DNA of 64,000 nucleotides from Gammaproteobacteria bacterium Ga0074134 (GCA_001464965.1 LNEJ01000056.1:1186-65185); one strand, 5' to 3'; numbered from the stretch's first letter, positions 20,079 to 32,651 are shown. Notes: generated by a model from the sequence alone, not told the origin. Numbers and translations are program-made.

Positions 20079-20728
20079 GTGCGTTTCTTCCGCGCCACTG
20101 GCGTGGCCTCTTTTTCGCCGCCGCGCTCGCCGTGCAGCATCTCAACCATTTTAAGGGATTCTTGCTCCATGTAGACCACCAGCTCGTCCACACGCCCACG
20201 AAAGTAGCGGTAAAACATCAAGCTGGGGATCGCCACCAACAGGCCTGCGGCAGTGGCAATCAACGCCTCGGAAATCCCGCCCGCCAGCAACGTGGGGCTG
20301 CCCATGCGCTCTCCCTCGGAAAGGGCGTGGAATGCCCTGATGATACCCGTCACCGTACCGAGCAGACCCAACAACGGTGAAATCGATGCAATCGTGCCCA
20401 GTGTATTCAGATAGCGCTCCAGTTCTGGCACCACCTGGCGGCCCACGTCCTCGATGGCCTCCTTCATAGTCACGCGGTCACGGCGCAAGTTCATCAAACC
20501 GGCAGCAAGGATGCGGCCCAGCGGAGAATCACTACGCAACATGGCCACATGGCTGGCATCGAGCTGACCGTCCTTCACCCATTGCCAGATCTGCGGCACC
20601 AGGCGCGAGGGACAAATACGTTTCCTCTGCAACGACCAGAGCCGTTCACCGATAATCGCCAGCGCGACGATGGAGCACAATATGATTGGCACCATCACCC
20701 AACCGCCAGCTTTGACTATTTCAAACAC
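20075..20728 (-). CDS. exbB: ExbB/TolQ/MotA family protein (second copy)
   Basis: 217 aa with three TM helices and the GLLGTVTGIIRAF motif. Confidence 0.85.
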   Translation of the reverse strand: MFEIVKAGGWVMVPIILCSIVALAIIGERLWSLQRKRICPSRLVPQIWQWVKDGQLDASHVAMLRSDSPLGRILAAGLMNLRRDRVTMKEAIEDVGRQVVPELERYLNTLGTIASISPLLGLLGTVTGIIRAFHALSEGERMGSPTLLAGGISEALIATAAGLLVAIPSLMFYRYFRGRVDELVVYMEQESLKMVEMLHGERGGEKEATPVARKKRT

Positions 20729-21829
20729 GCGGGATTCCTTACTCGATTACTCTTCAAAGCACAACCTAGCAATAATACTTGATTTGGGAGGGCAGTCATA
20801 GCAACTGCAACCGCAAATCACGTTACAAGAAATGCATCGTGCGGCGCAAAACTGGAGTGTGGTGCTTTCGGCACCTTGAGGACATTAAACCACGCATGGC
20901 AGCGAGCCGAGGGAACGGGTCAACCGGAAGTTCAGAGAAAAAAGGCGTTTTGAAGTATCCTGCCTTTGCCGGATTCCAACCCATCCCTGGCTGGCATGCG
21001 CCCTTCAGGGTAAATGACAGCCACCGGAAAAATTAGCGTTATTCGATTAGGCGAATCGCTGTCGACTTAGCAAAAAATAATTCGGTTATTTTATTTTAAA
21101 TCAATGGCATGAAATTTTCATTAAAAATATGTTTACATGACGCGCGGAGATATGATAAAGGTATGCCGCCCTGATACGGCTTAAAAAGGACGCCATTGCT
21201 CACATAACTAAACATGGAGGTTGTTATGAAGAAATCGCATTATCCTCGGTATCTCGGTAGTGGCTGCTGCTTCGAGCCTGCTCTCGAATCCTGCCTTTTG
21301 TCAGCCAGCGGCCGATAGTCCAAACGAAGTTTTTGCCTCACCCATCACCACCAACAAATCAGGGCTTCAAACAAGGCCAGGCCAACAGCCCCAAAGCACC
21401 GGGAGCGAAGCGTCTAGCGCAATTGGCGCTGGTTCTCCGCCGTCGGCCCAAAATTTGAGAAAAATCATTGGCGCGACACCACAAGACTTAACGACATTAT
21501 CCGCCTGTACCTGGTGGTGGGTGCATGGCAACCACAATTGGAGCTGGCGTGGCATCCCGTTTATAGGGTTCAGGGTCAACCTGAGCGCACGGAGCTGGGC
21601 CACATATAGGACAAGCACGGGCTTTTGTGGCACGCCGCTGATTATGGATAGATTGCATGTTGAGGCTCGAACTCATGGAATGAATGCTGATTCATTCGTC
21701 CAGAGAACCGCTTTCAACGTTGATACCGTGGACGTATCCGATTCGAGAACGCAACTTGGCGGCAACCGGGGAAGATGACCCAAGCTCCAAAATTTTGGGG
21801 TTGGACAAACGTGTTAGCGAGGAAAAACC

Positions 21830-22405
21830 GTGAAACATTCCGTTGCAGTGATGATTTTATCGATGTTTTATCAGTGTTCAATAGCCGAAAAAAGGCAGTT
21901 TTTTAAGAAATCGATCTTGAGCGGGATCGTAGCAGTTCCGCTTTTGATGCAGCAAGTATGGGCAGAAGAAACGCTCTCTTTCGGGGCGGGGCTTGGCGCC
22001 ATGTATAGTGGATTAGGCATCAATGTGGGGCTTAAAACGAATAAACAATTAAAGTATCTTGCCTTAGGCTGTCCCGGCTATAGCTATAGCAGTAATCGCG
22101 ACGATCATGAGGCGGTGTGCGGCCTTGGCATTGGAATACTTCGCACTGATTTATTTTCCGCCGTAAACAACAAGCATGGCCTTGGATTGCATGTCGGTGC
22201 AGTTGGAACCAAGCGAGAGAGCAATCCGGCCGCTCCCTTTGGGCTTGGTGATATGAAAGCCGTTTATGGAGCCGGTGTCAGTTATGTCTACTTTTGGAAC
22301 GGAATTTCTGCTCCAGGGCTGAATCTGGGAATTACCCCAGCCATCGGATTCGATAATGGAGCCAGGGGCAGCTTATTTCTGCAGATCGGCTACCAATTCA
22401 AGTAA
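21830..22405 (+). CDS. Putative small outer-membrane beta-barrel protein (Opa/OmpX-like) with a signal peptide and a Cys pair
   Basis: The signal peptide ends ..LLMQQVWA. Alternating Gly/aromatic beta-strand pattern and a C-terminal ..GYQFK. GC is low relative to neighbours. The exact start is uncertain. Confidence 0.45.
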   Translation: MKHSVAVMILSMFYQCSIAEKRQFFKKSILSGIVAVPLLMQQVWAEETLSFGAGLGAMYSGLGINVGLKTNKQLKYLALGCPGYSYSSNRDDHEAVCGLGIGILRTDLFSAVNNKHGLGLHVGAVGTKRESNPAAPFGLGDMKAVYGAGVSYVYFWNGISAPGLNLGITPAIGFDNGARGSLFLQIGYQFK

Positions 22406-22549
22406 TGGCTGGCAAGGGCACCCTATAAATTCAATCAAGGCACGAGGGCACACCCCGCATTCAAATCCCGCCGCTTTGTGCTATGACCAGCATTTAAACA
22501 TCCGGCCCGCGACCTCGTCAATTAGATGATGCCGTGGCACAACAAACCC

Positions 22550-23884
<1,335 letters not shown>

Positions 23885-25087
23885 TTACAAAGAAACAACC
23901 GTCCATTTGCCCTCGCGCCGCTCCAGAGTGCGGTCACAGCCCATCTCGCGGATATCGCCGCCCGCGCCCGGCAAGGCATGGATGACTCGTTCGCCACGTT
24001 GGCGAAGCTCACGCACCAGTGCTTGCAGGTTCTGATCGTCAGCATTATCGTCGGGCGCCAGAATCGCACGCACCTGGTAAGGCGTGGCGGCACTCAGGGA
24101 AATCAGGGTGTTGAGGTCGGCGCTAAATCCCGTGGCTGGGCGGGCACGCCCGAAGACCTTGCCGATATCATCATAACGCCCGCCGCGCGCAATCTCCTGT
24201 CCATGCCCCGGCACGAACGCCGCATATACCAGGCCTGTTTGATAGTGATAACCGCGCAATTCGGCAAGATCAAAATGCAGCGGGACGGAGGGCATGCGGC
24301 GGCGCGCCAGGGCGGCGATCTGCCGCAGGTTGTCCAGTGCGGCCAGCGTCCTGCCACCGGCAGTACTAAGCACGGCGCTCGCCTCAACCAGTACCTCTTC
24401 GCCACCGTTCAGATCCACCAGGCAGGTCAATCTCCGGCGCTGCTCCTGGCTCATCGCAAGCTGCGCCAGCAATTCCTCTATTTCGGGCTTGGCCTTGCGT
24501 TGCAGGGCGTTAAACAGGGCCATTTCCTGCTCGCGTTCAAGCCCGGCATCGTGCGTCAGGGCGCGGAAGATGCCGACGTGGCCAAGATCGATATGCGCCT
24601 GCTCTATGCCAGTTGCCGCTAGCATTTCCACCATCAGGTGCAACACCTCGACATCGCTCTCGATGCCGGCGTGCCCATAGAGTTCGGCACCGATTTGCAA
24701 CGGGCTGCGGCTGCGGGTAAAGCCGGACGGATAGGTCCGCAGTACCGTGTCGATATAACACAGACGGGTGGGCGCTTCGCGCTTGAGGCGATGGGCATCA
24801 ATGCGCGCCACCTGTGGCGTCATATCGGCGCGCACGCCCATCAGACGGCCCGTCAACTGGTCGATAAGTTTGAAGGTCTGCACATCGAGATCATCGCCGG
24901 TACCGATCAATAGCGATTCGAGATATTCGATCAGTGGCGGAATAACCAGTTCGTAACCCCAGCCATGGAACAAATCGAGCAAATCCCGGCGCAAGCGTTC
25001 AAGGTGCTCGGCCTGCTGCGGCAGAACTTCCTCTATGCCTTCGGGCAACAGCCAGCGGTCTTTCTCTGAAAAGGAGCGATCAATCAT
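23885..25087 (-). CDS. hisZ: ATP phosphoribosyltransferase regulatory subunit (HisS paralogue)
   Basis: Class-II aaRS-like core without an anticodon-binding domain. Conserved hisZ-purA pairing. Confidence 0.85.
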   Translation of the reverse strand: MIDRSFSEKDRWLLPEGIEEVLPQQAEHLERLRRDLLDLFHGWGYELVIPPLIEYLESLLIGTGDDLDVQTFKLIDQLTGRLMGVRADMTPQVARIDAHRLKREAPTRLCYIDTVLRTYPSGFTRSRSPLQIGAELYGHAGIESDVEVLHLMVEMLAATGIEQAHIDLGHVGIFRALTHDAGLEREQEMALFNALQRKAKPEIEELLAQLAMSQEQRRRLTCLVDLNGGEEVLVEASAVLSTAGGRTLAALDNLRQIAALARRRMPSVPLHFDLAELRGYHYQTGLVYAAFVPGHGQEIARGGRYDDIGKVFGRARPATGFSADLNTLISLSAATPYQVRAILAPDDNADDQNLQALVRELRQRGERVIHALPGAGGDIREMGCDRTLERREGKWTVVSL

Positions 25088-25228
25088 GGGAAGTTAGAGC
25101 CTGTCTGTGAACAAATCTGGCCAAAAACACAGGCGGCGGAATGGATGGGACAGAAATCGTTCAGCACAGGACATGGTATCTTCAAGGAGGAATACTGGAA
25201 GCAAGCTATTAGAATACCAAAAACCGGC

Positions 25229-25414
25229 CTAACGAACCAGACTCAGCAAGACAACACCCAGCACCATACTAACCAACCCCGCAATACGCAGTGAACGGTC
25301 ATCCATTTGCGTGATAAGCAGCATGGTCCGGCGCATACCCTGCGGATTGAGAAACGGCATGATGCCTTCGAGCACCAGCACTAGCGCAACTGCCGCCAGG
25401 AAATCTTGCCACAC
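25229..25414 (-). CDS. DUF2065 small membrane protein
   Basis: 61 aa with two TM helices. It occupies the conserved slot between hflC and hisZ. Confidence 0.6.
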   Translation of the reverse strand: MWQDFLAAVALVLVLEGIMPFLNPQGMRRTMLLITQMDDRSLRIAGLVSMVLGVVLLSLVR

Positions 25415-25532
25415 ATTCCCCTCTCATTGCCACATTTACGGGCATTCACCCACCCAGGACGGAGCCACACAAAAGGGGTGGCGGCGGTTTTCATTCGCCA
25501 CACACCCCTTGCGTGTTTATCCTGCGCAGAAA

Positions 25533-26405
25533 CTATTTAGGATTCGAGCTCTTGAAATACTTGAAGAACTCCGATCCCGGATCAAGGACGACCATATCAT
25601 TCTGGTCTTTAAACGTCGTTTTATAGGCATTAATGCTGCGGTAAAAAGCGTAGAACTCCGGGTTTTTCTTGAATGCTTGGGCATAAATATCCGACGCCTG
25701 GGCATCGCCTTCACCACGTGTGCGCTCCGCCTCTCGATAGGCCTCGGCAATGATCACGGCGCGCTGACGATCCGCATCGGCGCGGATGCGCTCTGCCGCC
25801 TCGGCGCCTCGTGAACGCAGGTCCTTGGCTACCCGCGAACGCTCCGCTACCATGCGCTGAAACACCGAGCTGCTGACCTCCTCCGGCAAATCAATGCGCT
25901 TGATGCGCACGTCGACAACACTGATGCCAAACTCCTTGGCTTGCTTATTGGAATTGGCGGTCAGAATCGCCATGATCTGCTCACGCTCACCCGATATCAC
26001 TTCCTGAATGGTACGCTTGCCGAATTCATCACGCAGGCCATTCTTGATAAGCTGGGCCAGACGCACGTTGGCACGCTCCTCATCACCGCCCATGGTGGTG
26101 TAGTAGCGAGCCACATCGCTGATTTTCCATTTGACGAAGGAATCAACAATCACATTCTTCTTTTCCGCCGTCAGGTAGCGTTCGGGCGCCGCTTCCAGGG
26201 TAAGAATGCGCCCGTCAAACTTGCGGACATTATTGATGAGGGGGAATTTGAGATGCAGCCCCGGTGAAAAATCGGAGTCCACTACCTCACCAAGGCGAAA
26301 CAGTACGGCGCGCTGGTGCTCACCCACGGTGAACACCGACATCGAGCCGATGATCAATACAGTACCGATCAGGCCAATCAAGCCAAATATCTTTTTCTGG
26401 TCCAT
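25533..26405 (-). CDS. hflC: Protease modulator HflC (SPFH/band-7)
   Basis: N-terminal TM helix plus SPFH domain, directly after hflK. Confidence 0.9.
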   Translation of the reverse strand: MDQKKIFGLIGLIGTVLIIGSMSVFTVGEHQRAVLFRLGEVVDSDFSPGLHLKFPLINNVRKFDGRILTLEAAPERYLTAEKKNVIVDSFVKWKISDVARYYTTMGGDEERANVRLAQLIKNGLRDEFGKRTIQEVISGEREQIMAILTANSNKQAKEFGISVVDVRIKRIDLPEEVSSSVFQRMVAERSRVAKDLRSRGAEAAERIRADADRQRAVIIAEAYREAERTRGEGDAQASDIYAQAFKKNPEFYAFYRSINAYKTTFKDQNDMVVLDPGSEFFKYFKSSNPK

Positions 26406-27636
26406 TAACGTTGCTCCCGTGCACGCAGGCTATCACGCGCGCGACTGACATCCGAAGGGATTACCGATGAGCCGTCCAGTATCTGCGGCTCAATGGCCGG
26501 ACTGCCGGTAGCGCTGCTGCCGGCCTGCCCTTGCCTCTGGGTTATGCGATCCAACGGTAGATACAGAAGATTGTTGCCGCCTTTCACATCCACCATCACC
26601 TTGCTGCTCTTCGACAGCACTGATTCCATAGCTTCAATATAGAGACGGTCGCGCATCACCTTGGGCGCCTTTTGATACTCCGTCAACACCTGATCAAAAC
26701 GGCTGGCTTCACCTTTTGCCTGCGCCACCACCTGGGCTTTATAGCCGTTCGCCTCTTCTATCTGGCGAGCCGCGCCGCCGCGCGCCTTGGGGATCACATC
26801 ATTGGCATAGGCCTCGGCCTCGTTGATCAGCCGCTGCTCATCCTCACGGGATTTAACCGCGTCCAGAAAGGCGCTCTGCACCTCCTCCGGAGGCTGGGCA
26901 TCCTGCATATTGAGACTGCTGACCTGCAAACCGGCACCATAACGATCCAGCGTTTTCTGAATCATCTCAATAGCGCGGGCACCGATCTCACTGCGCCCCT
27001 CTTTGAGCACGAAATCCATGTTGTTTTTGCCCACGGCATCACGCACCGCGCTTTCCGTGGCCTGGCGCAGGGCCGCATCGGGATCACGGGTATTAAACAA
27101 ATAATCGCGCGCATCCTTGACCTTGTATTGCACGGCAAATTTGACGTTGATGATGTTTTCATCCTTGGTCAGCATCAGAGCCTCGTTGGATATCGAACCG
27201 GCCTGGGCACCCCCGCCACCGCCACCTGAGCGGTAGCCGATTTCCACTGTACGGATCTGCTCGACATTGACAACCTGCACCGCCTCAATGGGCACCGGGA
27301 TATGCCAATGCGGACCGGGCAAAGTGGTGTCGACATATTGGCCAAAGCGCGTCACAACGCCCCGCGTTCCTTCGTCGACGATGTAGATGCCCGTAGCCAC
27401 CCATACGACTACTGCAATACCCGCAATCACGCCTATGATCTTGGCGGGTGCGGTGCCCGGCCCTTTGGGACCTTCGGATCTGCCGCCGCCCTTGCCGCCA
27501 AACAAGCCGCCAAGTTTTTGCTGCATCTTGCGAATCATCTCGTCAAGGTCAGGCGGAGACTGTTTATTGCCACGATTGCCGCCGCGGTTACCCCAAGGGT
27601 CGTTATCGCGGGAGCCACCCGGTTCATTCCAGGCCA
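26405..27636 (-). CDS. hflK: Protease modulator HflK. The start is MAWNEPGG at 27636; the listed ORF is N-extended.
   Basis: Characteristic MAWNEPGGS.. N-terminus and Gly-rich region, then TM helix and SPFH domain. Confidence 0.9.
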
Positions 27637-28826
27637 TCAGATAGATACTCCATAATATTTTTATTAAAAGGTACTTCGTCAACGGCTTCCGCGCGCTCTT
27701 GTTTTTGACCATCATTCCATGAATAGTTCGACAACACCTGCCGCAGCATGTCCAGCCCCGCGCCCGTCACGGCGGATAGCCAGACCCGCTGCGCCCGGCC
27801 CTCGGCATCATAATCGACATGCGGGGGGCAACCCTCAAGCATATCGATTTTATTATAGATCTCAATACGAGGGATGGTGTCAGCCCCGATTTCCTTGAGA
27901 ACCTCATTCACCTGCTCGATGCATTCATGGCGCTTGTCATTGTGCGCGTCGATAACATGCAATAACAGGGCCGCCTCACTGGTCTCTTCCAGCGTGGAAC
28001 GGAACGCCGCCACCAGATTATGGGGCAGATGGCGAATAAATCCTACCGTATCTGCCAAAATGACAGGGTCGGCACCGGGTAGTTTGACGCGCCGCAAGGT
28101 AGGATCCAGCGTGGCGAACAACTGATCCGCCGCGTAAACCGTGGCGCCCGTCAAGCGGTTAAACAGTGTCGATTTACCGGCGTTGGTATAACCCACCAGC
28201 GACACTGTCTTGATAGCCGCCTTGCGCCTGGCCTTTCTGCGCCCGTCGCGCTGTCCGCCCACCTTTTCGAGGCGCTTATTGAGCTGCTTGATCCTCTCCG
28301 CAACAAGCCGCCGGTCGGTCTCAAGCTGCGTCTCGCCTGGGCCACGCAGGCCAATACCGCCCTTTTGCCGCTCCAAGTGCGTCCAGCCGCGCACCAGCCG
28401 CGTGGACAAATGGCGCAGCTGCGCCAGTTCGACCTGCAATTTCCCTTCGAAGGAATGGGCGCGTTGCGCGAAAATATCCAGGATCAACCCAACGCGGTCC
28501 AGCACCCGGCATTGCAGCAGGCGCTCCAGATTACGCTCTTGGCCTGGCGACAGGGCGTGATTGACGAGCACCACGTCAGCCTTCATGCTTTCGACGCAGG
28601 CGCGAATTTCTTCAGCCTTGCCGCTGCCCACAAAATACTTGGGGTCGGGAGCCTGACGGCTGCCACCAATAACAGCTACCGGTTCGACCCCCGCAGAACA
28701 TGCAAGCTCACGAAACTCATCAAGCTCTTCGCGGATTCCCGCCGCGCGAAAATCCACATTGACGAGGATCGCGCGCTCCTTACTTCGGGAACGTTCGGAC
28801 AAACTCACTCCGGCGAATAACCCCAT
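27624..28826 (-). CDS. hflX: GTPase HflX
   Basis: G-domain motifs [21 protein letters not shown]. Conserved hfq-hflX-hflK-hflC order. Confidence 0.9.
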   Translation of the reverse strand: MGLFAGVSLSERSRSKERAILVNVDFRAAGIREELDEFRELACSAGVEPVAVIGGSRQAPDPKYFVGSGKAEEIRACVESMKADVVLVNHALSPGQERNLERLLQCRVLDRVGLILDIFAQRAHSFEGKLQVELAQLRHLSTRLVRGWTHLERQKGGIGLRGPGETQLETDRRLVAERIKQLNKRLEKVGGQRDGRRKARRKAAIKTVSLVGYTNAGKSTLFNRLTGATVYAADQLFATLDPTLRRVKLPGADPVILADTVGFIRHLPHNLVAAFRSTLEETSEAALLLHVIDAHNDKRHECIEQVNEVLKEIGADTIPRIEIYNKIDMLEGCPPHVDYDAEGRAQRVWLSAVTGAGLDMLRQVLSNYSWNDGQKQERAEAVDEVPFNKNIMEYLSDGLE

Positions 28827-28844
28827 ACACTGGGGCGCGCGCTA

Positions 28845-29096
28845 TTACTCATCATCACTCTCTGCCGCTGTCTCGCCAGCACCCGCATATTTGACATTGC
28901 GTGCCGGCACAACGGTGGAAATAGCGTGCTTGTAGACCATCTGGCTGACTGTGTTTTTCAGCAGCACAGCAAACTGGTCAAACGACTCGATCTGCCCTTG
29001 CAACTTAATTCCGTTCACCAGGTAGATGGAAACGGGCACCCGCTCTTTGCGCAGCGCGTTCAGGAAAGGGTCTTGTATACCTTGCCCTTTGGTCAT
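28845..29096 (-). CDS. hfq: RNA chaperone Hfq. The start is MTKGQ at 29096.
   Basis: Sm motifs ..[41 protein letters not shown]. Confidence 0.95.
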   Translation of the reverse strand: MTKGQGIQDPFLNALRKERVPVSIYLVNGIKLQGQIESFDQFAVLLKNTVSQMVYKHAISTVVPARNVKYAGAGETAAESDDE

Positions 29097-29207
29097 GTGA
29101 GTGTCTCCTTTTCTTGTTGTGTAGTCCAAACGGTCTTTTAATCCGTGAGTCAGGCGCCAATAGCTTATGCCATCGGCAACCGTGTTGCAGTATAGCATAG
29201 CCCGCCA

Positions 29208-30167
29208 TCAAGGTTTTATGATCAAGGCGCCGGCAAGATATTGCAACACCTCATCAAAAATATTTTGCCCGCCGTCAAACCATACCGCATCCGGCGCGCC
29301 ACGCAGCCACGTCATCTGCCGCTTGGCGAATTGGCGCGTGGCTATGATGGCACGCTCGACCATTTCCGGGTAGGCAATATCTCCTTCAAGATAGCTCCAT
29401 GCCTGCCGATACCCCACGGCACGTATCGAGGGAAGATCCACGTGCAGATCACCGCGGCTGTGCAATTTTGCGGCTTCTTCCACGAATCCCGCGTCCAGCA
29501 TGGCATGGAACCGCATCCCAATGCGCCGATGCAGCACGGCGCGGTCCGCTGGCGACACCACCAGTTTCAATAGGCGATAAGGCAGTTGCGCGGCGGCATG
29601 TTGCGTGTATAACTCACTCATCGGCACTCCACTCAGCTCATAGACTTCCAGGGCACGCTGAATGCGTTGGGGATCGTTGGGGTGTATGCGTTGCGCCGCG
29701 GCGGGATCCACCTGCGCCAGCCGGGCATGGAGCGCCGCCCATCCCAACCTGTCCGCCTCCACCTCCAGGCGCGCGCGCACCGCAGTGTCCGCGGATGGCA
29801 TATCCGACAACCCTTGCTGCAAGGCACGGAAATACAGCATTGTCCCGCCCACCAATAGGGGAATCCGGCCCGCCTGGGTAATCTGCGCCATCTCCCGCAG
29901 GGCGTCATCGCGGAATTGCGCTGCTGAATAAGCCTCGGAGGGGTCGCGGATATCAATCAGACGGTGCGGAGCAGCCGCCAGCACGTCCGGCCCCGGTTTG
30001 GCGGTACCGATATCCATGCCGCGATAGACCAGCGCCGAATCGACGCTGATGATGTCGCACGGCAGATGGCGAACCAGCTCCAGCGCAAGATCGGTCTTAC
30101 CAGCGGCGGTTGGCCCCATGAGAAAAATGGCGGGGGGAAGTGCATCCTTGGGCATGGATTGAGTCAC
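29208..30167 (-). CDS. miaA: tRNA dimethylallyltransferase
   Basis: P-loop GPTAAGKT and full-length MiaA similarity. Lies upstream of hfq. Confidence 0.9.
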   Translation of the reverse strand: MTQSMPKDALPPAIFLMGPTAAGKTDLALELVRHLPCDIISVDSALVYRGMDIGTAKPGPDVLAAAPHRLIDIRDPSEAYSAAQFRDDALREMAQITQAGRIPLLVGGTMLYFRALQQGLSDMPSADTAVRARLEVEADRLGWAALHARLAQVDPAAAQRIHPNDPQRIQRALEVYELSGVPMSELYTQHAAAQLPYRLLKLVVSPADRAVLHRRIGMRFHAMLDAGFVEEAAKLHSRGDLHVDLPSIRAVGYRQAWSYLEGDIAYPEMVERAIIATRQFAKRQMTWLRGAPDAVWFDGGQNIFDEVLQYLAGALIIKP

Positions 30168-30230
30168 TGCGGGCAGGGGTTAGAGCCTGTCTGTGAATAA
30201 AATGGAACAAAAAATGCCAACGGAAGTAGA

Positions 30231-30866
30231 TCAATCCTCGATCATTCGATAACGCATTGCAAGATGCGCCAATTCGACGTCGCCCTGCACCCCCAGCTTT
30301 TCGAACAAGCGATAACGGTAGGTGTTGACAGTTTTGGGGCTAAGGCAAAGCTTGTCCGAGATATCCGGCACTTTGATGCCCTTCGCCACCATCAACATCA
30401 CTTGCATCTCGCGTGACGACAGCTTGTCAAAAGGCGATTCCGCCGCGCCCGGCAACAAGCTCAGCGCCAGACTCTGAGCGATGCCAGGGGCGATGTAACG
30501 GCCTCCTTTGTATACCGTCTCAATGGCGCGCACGATTTCGTCGATGCCACAGTCTTTGGTCAGATAACCGGCGGCGCCGGCCTGCATAAACTGGTTAGGA
30601 AAAGGTTCATTGCCATGGACTGTGACGGCAATGATCTTAATGGCGGGGGCTATCTGCAGCAGCTTGCGCGTCGCCTCAAGCCCGCCGATCCCAGGCATAT
30701 TCACATCCATGAGCACGACATCAGGCTTGCGTTGCCTGACAAGGAGAATTGCCTCCTCGCCGCTACTGGCCTCGGCCATCACGTCAATACCAGGAATATC
30801 CGCAAGCATGCGCTTTATACCGCTGCGCATCAGCGCATGGTCATCAACCAAGATTACCTGAATCAT
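30231..30866 (-). CDS. gacA: Response regulator of the GacA/UvrY (NarL/FixJ) type. The start is MIQVILVDDH at 30866; the listed N-extension would overlap the tRNA.
   Basis: Receiver domain (DD..D..K) plus LuxR helix-turn-helix LSPKTVNTYRYRLFEKL. Near-collinear with GacA/UvrY sequences. Confidence 0.75.
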   Translation of the reverse strand: MIQVILVDDHALMRSGIKRMLADIPGIDVMAEASSGEEAILLVRQRKPDVVLMDVNMPGIGGLEATRKLLQIAPAIKIIAVTVHGNEPFPNQFMQAGAAGYLTKDCGIDEIVRAIETVYKGGRYIAPGIAQSLALSLLPGAAESPFDKLSSREMQVMLMVAKGIKVPDISDKLCLSPKTVNTYRYRLFEKLGVQGDVELAHLAMRYRMIED

Positions 30867-30880
30867 GCTCGACCCCGAGT

Positions 30881-30974
<94 letters not shown>

Positions 30975-31106
30975 AAAGAGGACACTAGAATACGCGTTTT
31001 CTTGACTCAGAACAACTTATTCAGCACATCGTGCTGCGAGCCAAATCATGCAAGGTTTTCGTTGACGGCGGTGATATCTGCCATATTCTTGCAGTCCCGT
31101 CCCACA

Positions 31107-32651
31107 TTAAAGCATGAAACCCAGATTGCGTTGCGACGGGCTCCAGTTGACCAGGTTGGGAAAGATATCCAGCAACTGGCTGTCCGACAATCCGAACCAG
31201 CGTCCCAGCGTGGCGCCCAACTGGTCGACCGACGTGGTCGGCAGCAGGCTGCCGTTACCGATCTGGTCGGGGCTGTCGTCGAAGTTGTTATTGTTGGCGT
31301 TCTTGGTGCCGTAGATGGGGAAGGTGCCATACAGGTCGCCACCGCGGACCGCTCCGCCCATTACGAAGTGGTGTGCGCCCCAGCCGTGGTCGGTGCCGTC
31401 GCCGTTGCTGGTGAAGGTGCGGCCGAAGTCGCTGGCGGTGAAAGTGGTGACCTTGTCCTGCGCACCGATCGCCGCCAGCGTGGCGTCGAAGTAGCTCATT
31501 GCCTGCGCCACGCGCGCCATTAGCTGGGCATGGTTGGCGTTCTGCGCGTCATGCGTGTCGAAGCCGCCGATGCTGACGAAGAATACCTGGCGCCGCGCGC
31601 CAATATCGATCTCGCTACTTGCATCCACCAGCCTAGCCACCATCTGCAGCTGTTGCGCCAGTGAATTGAAGGTGTAGGTGCCGGTGGCGGGGTTCAAATA
31701 TTGCAGCTTTGGGTCGGTATTGGGATTGTAGTTGGTGGCCGACGTGCCGAACCTGGCGTCCGACGGCGGACGCGCGGCCAGTGCCGCACGCAGCAGTGAC
31801 TCAGACTGGATGGAACGCGCCGAGACCGCCGCCAGATCGCTCTCGAAGACATGTCCGCCGCGCGTGGATTGCACGATGCGCTCCAGCGCCGCGCCAACCG
31901 CGGTGGAGCCGTAGATCTGGCCCGCCGAGTTGGTTCCCATACGGATCGCGCCGTTGGCCGATACCTGATATTGACGGATGTTCTCGCCGGTCAGCCAGAC
32001 CGCGTTACCCGACACCGAGATCGATGTGAATACCGAGCGTGCGTTCATGGCCGCCAGCAGATCGCCCATGCGGCCACCCCAGCCTTTCGTGGCGCCCTCG
32101 GGCAGGAAGGACTGCCAGATGTTTTGCTGGTCGTTGTGAGAGAACAGGTTTTTGGGTTTGGGGTGCGAGTTCTGGCTGTACTGCACTTTGGTGGTCGGCA
32201 TGATCAACGGCCCGACGTTGGGCAGGATGGCCAGCCGTTTGTCGGTGTCGAACATCGTCTGCAGCGCACCCATCACAGGGTGCAGCGCGAAGCTGCGTCC
32301 CTGCGCATTGGCCGGATTGATGGGCAGGACACCCCCCAGGGCGACGGGTGAGATGCCGTTACCGCCACGCGGGGTGCCTGGCGCCAGCAGCGCGATCGAG
32401 TCGGGCGCTTGGTTGCGGATCACCGTATAGTTGGCGAACGATGTTGCGTCGGTGGGCAACACCATATTGATCGAGTCGTTGCCACCAAACATAAACAGGC
32501 AGACGATGGCCTTATAGTCTCCGGCCGCCTGCGCAGAGGCGGTGCCCATGGCGAGGAGGTTCAGCGCCAGCGGTCCGCCCACGGCGGTGAGCGCCGTCAG
32601 GGCGCCAGCGTGGCGCAGGAACATGCGGCGTGATGTGTTGATATCGGTCAT
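31107..32651 (-). CDS. DUF1501 family protein (sulfatase-like fold) with a twin-arginine signal
   Basis: Tat motif SRRMFLRHAGALTALTA and the DUF1501 hallmark ..IVCLFMFGGNDSINMVLP... Pairs with a DUF1800 gene directly upstream. Confidence 0.7.
   Translation of the reverse strand: MTDINTSRRMFLRHAGALTALTAVGGPLALNLLAMGTASAQAAGDYKAIVCLFMFGGNDSINMVLPTDATSFANYTVIRNQAPDSIALLAPGTPRGGNGISPVALGGVLPINPANAQGRSFALHPVMGALQTMFDTDKRLAILPNVGPLIMPTTKVQYSQNSHPKPKNLFSHNDQQNIWQSFLPEGATKGWGGRMGDLLAAMNARSVFTSISVSGNAVWLTGENIRQYQVSANGAIRMGTNSAGQIYGSTAVGAALERIVQSTRGGHVFESDLAAVSARSIQSESLLRAALAARPPSDARFGTSATNYNPNTDPKLQYLNPATGTYTFNSLAQQLQMVARLVDASSEIDIGARRQVFFVSIGGFDTHDAQNANHAQLMARVAQAMSYFDATLAAIGAQDKVTTFTASDFGRTFTSNGDGTDHGWGAHHFVMGGAVRGGDLYGTFPIYGTKNANNNNFDDSPDQIGNGSLLPTTSVDQLGATLGRWFGLSDSQLLDIFPNLVNWSPSQRNLGFML

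Noticed and set aside
20760-21250. Possible structured RNA (SRP, tmRNA, RNase P or 6S) in the AT-rich gap after exbB2
   Set aside because: None of the conserved start or end motifs of these RNAs is present. No confident call is possible without a covariance-model scan.
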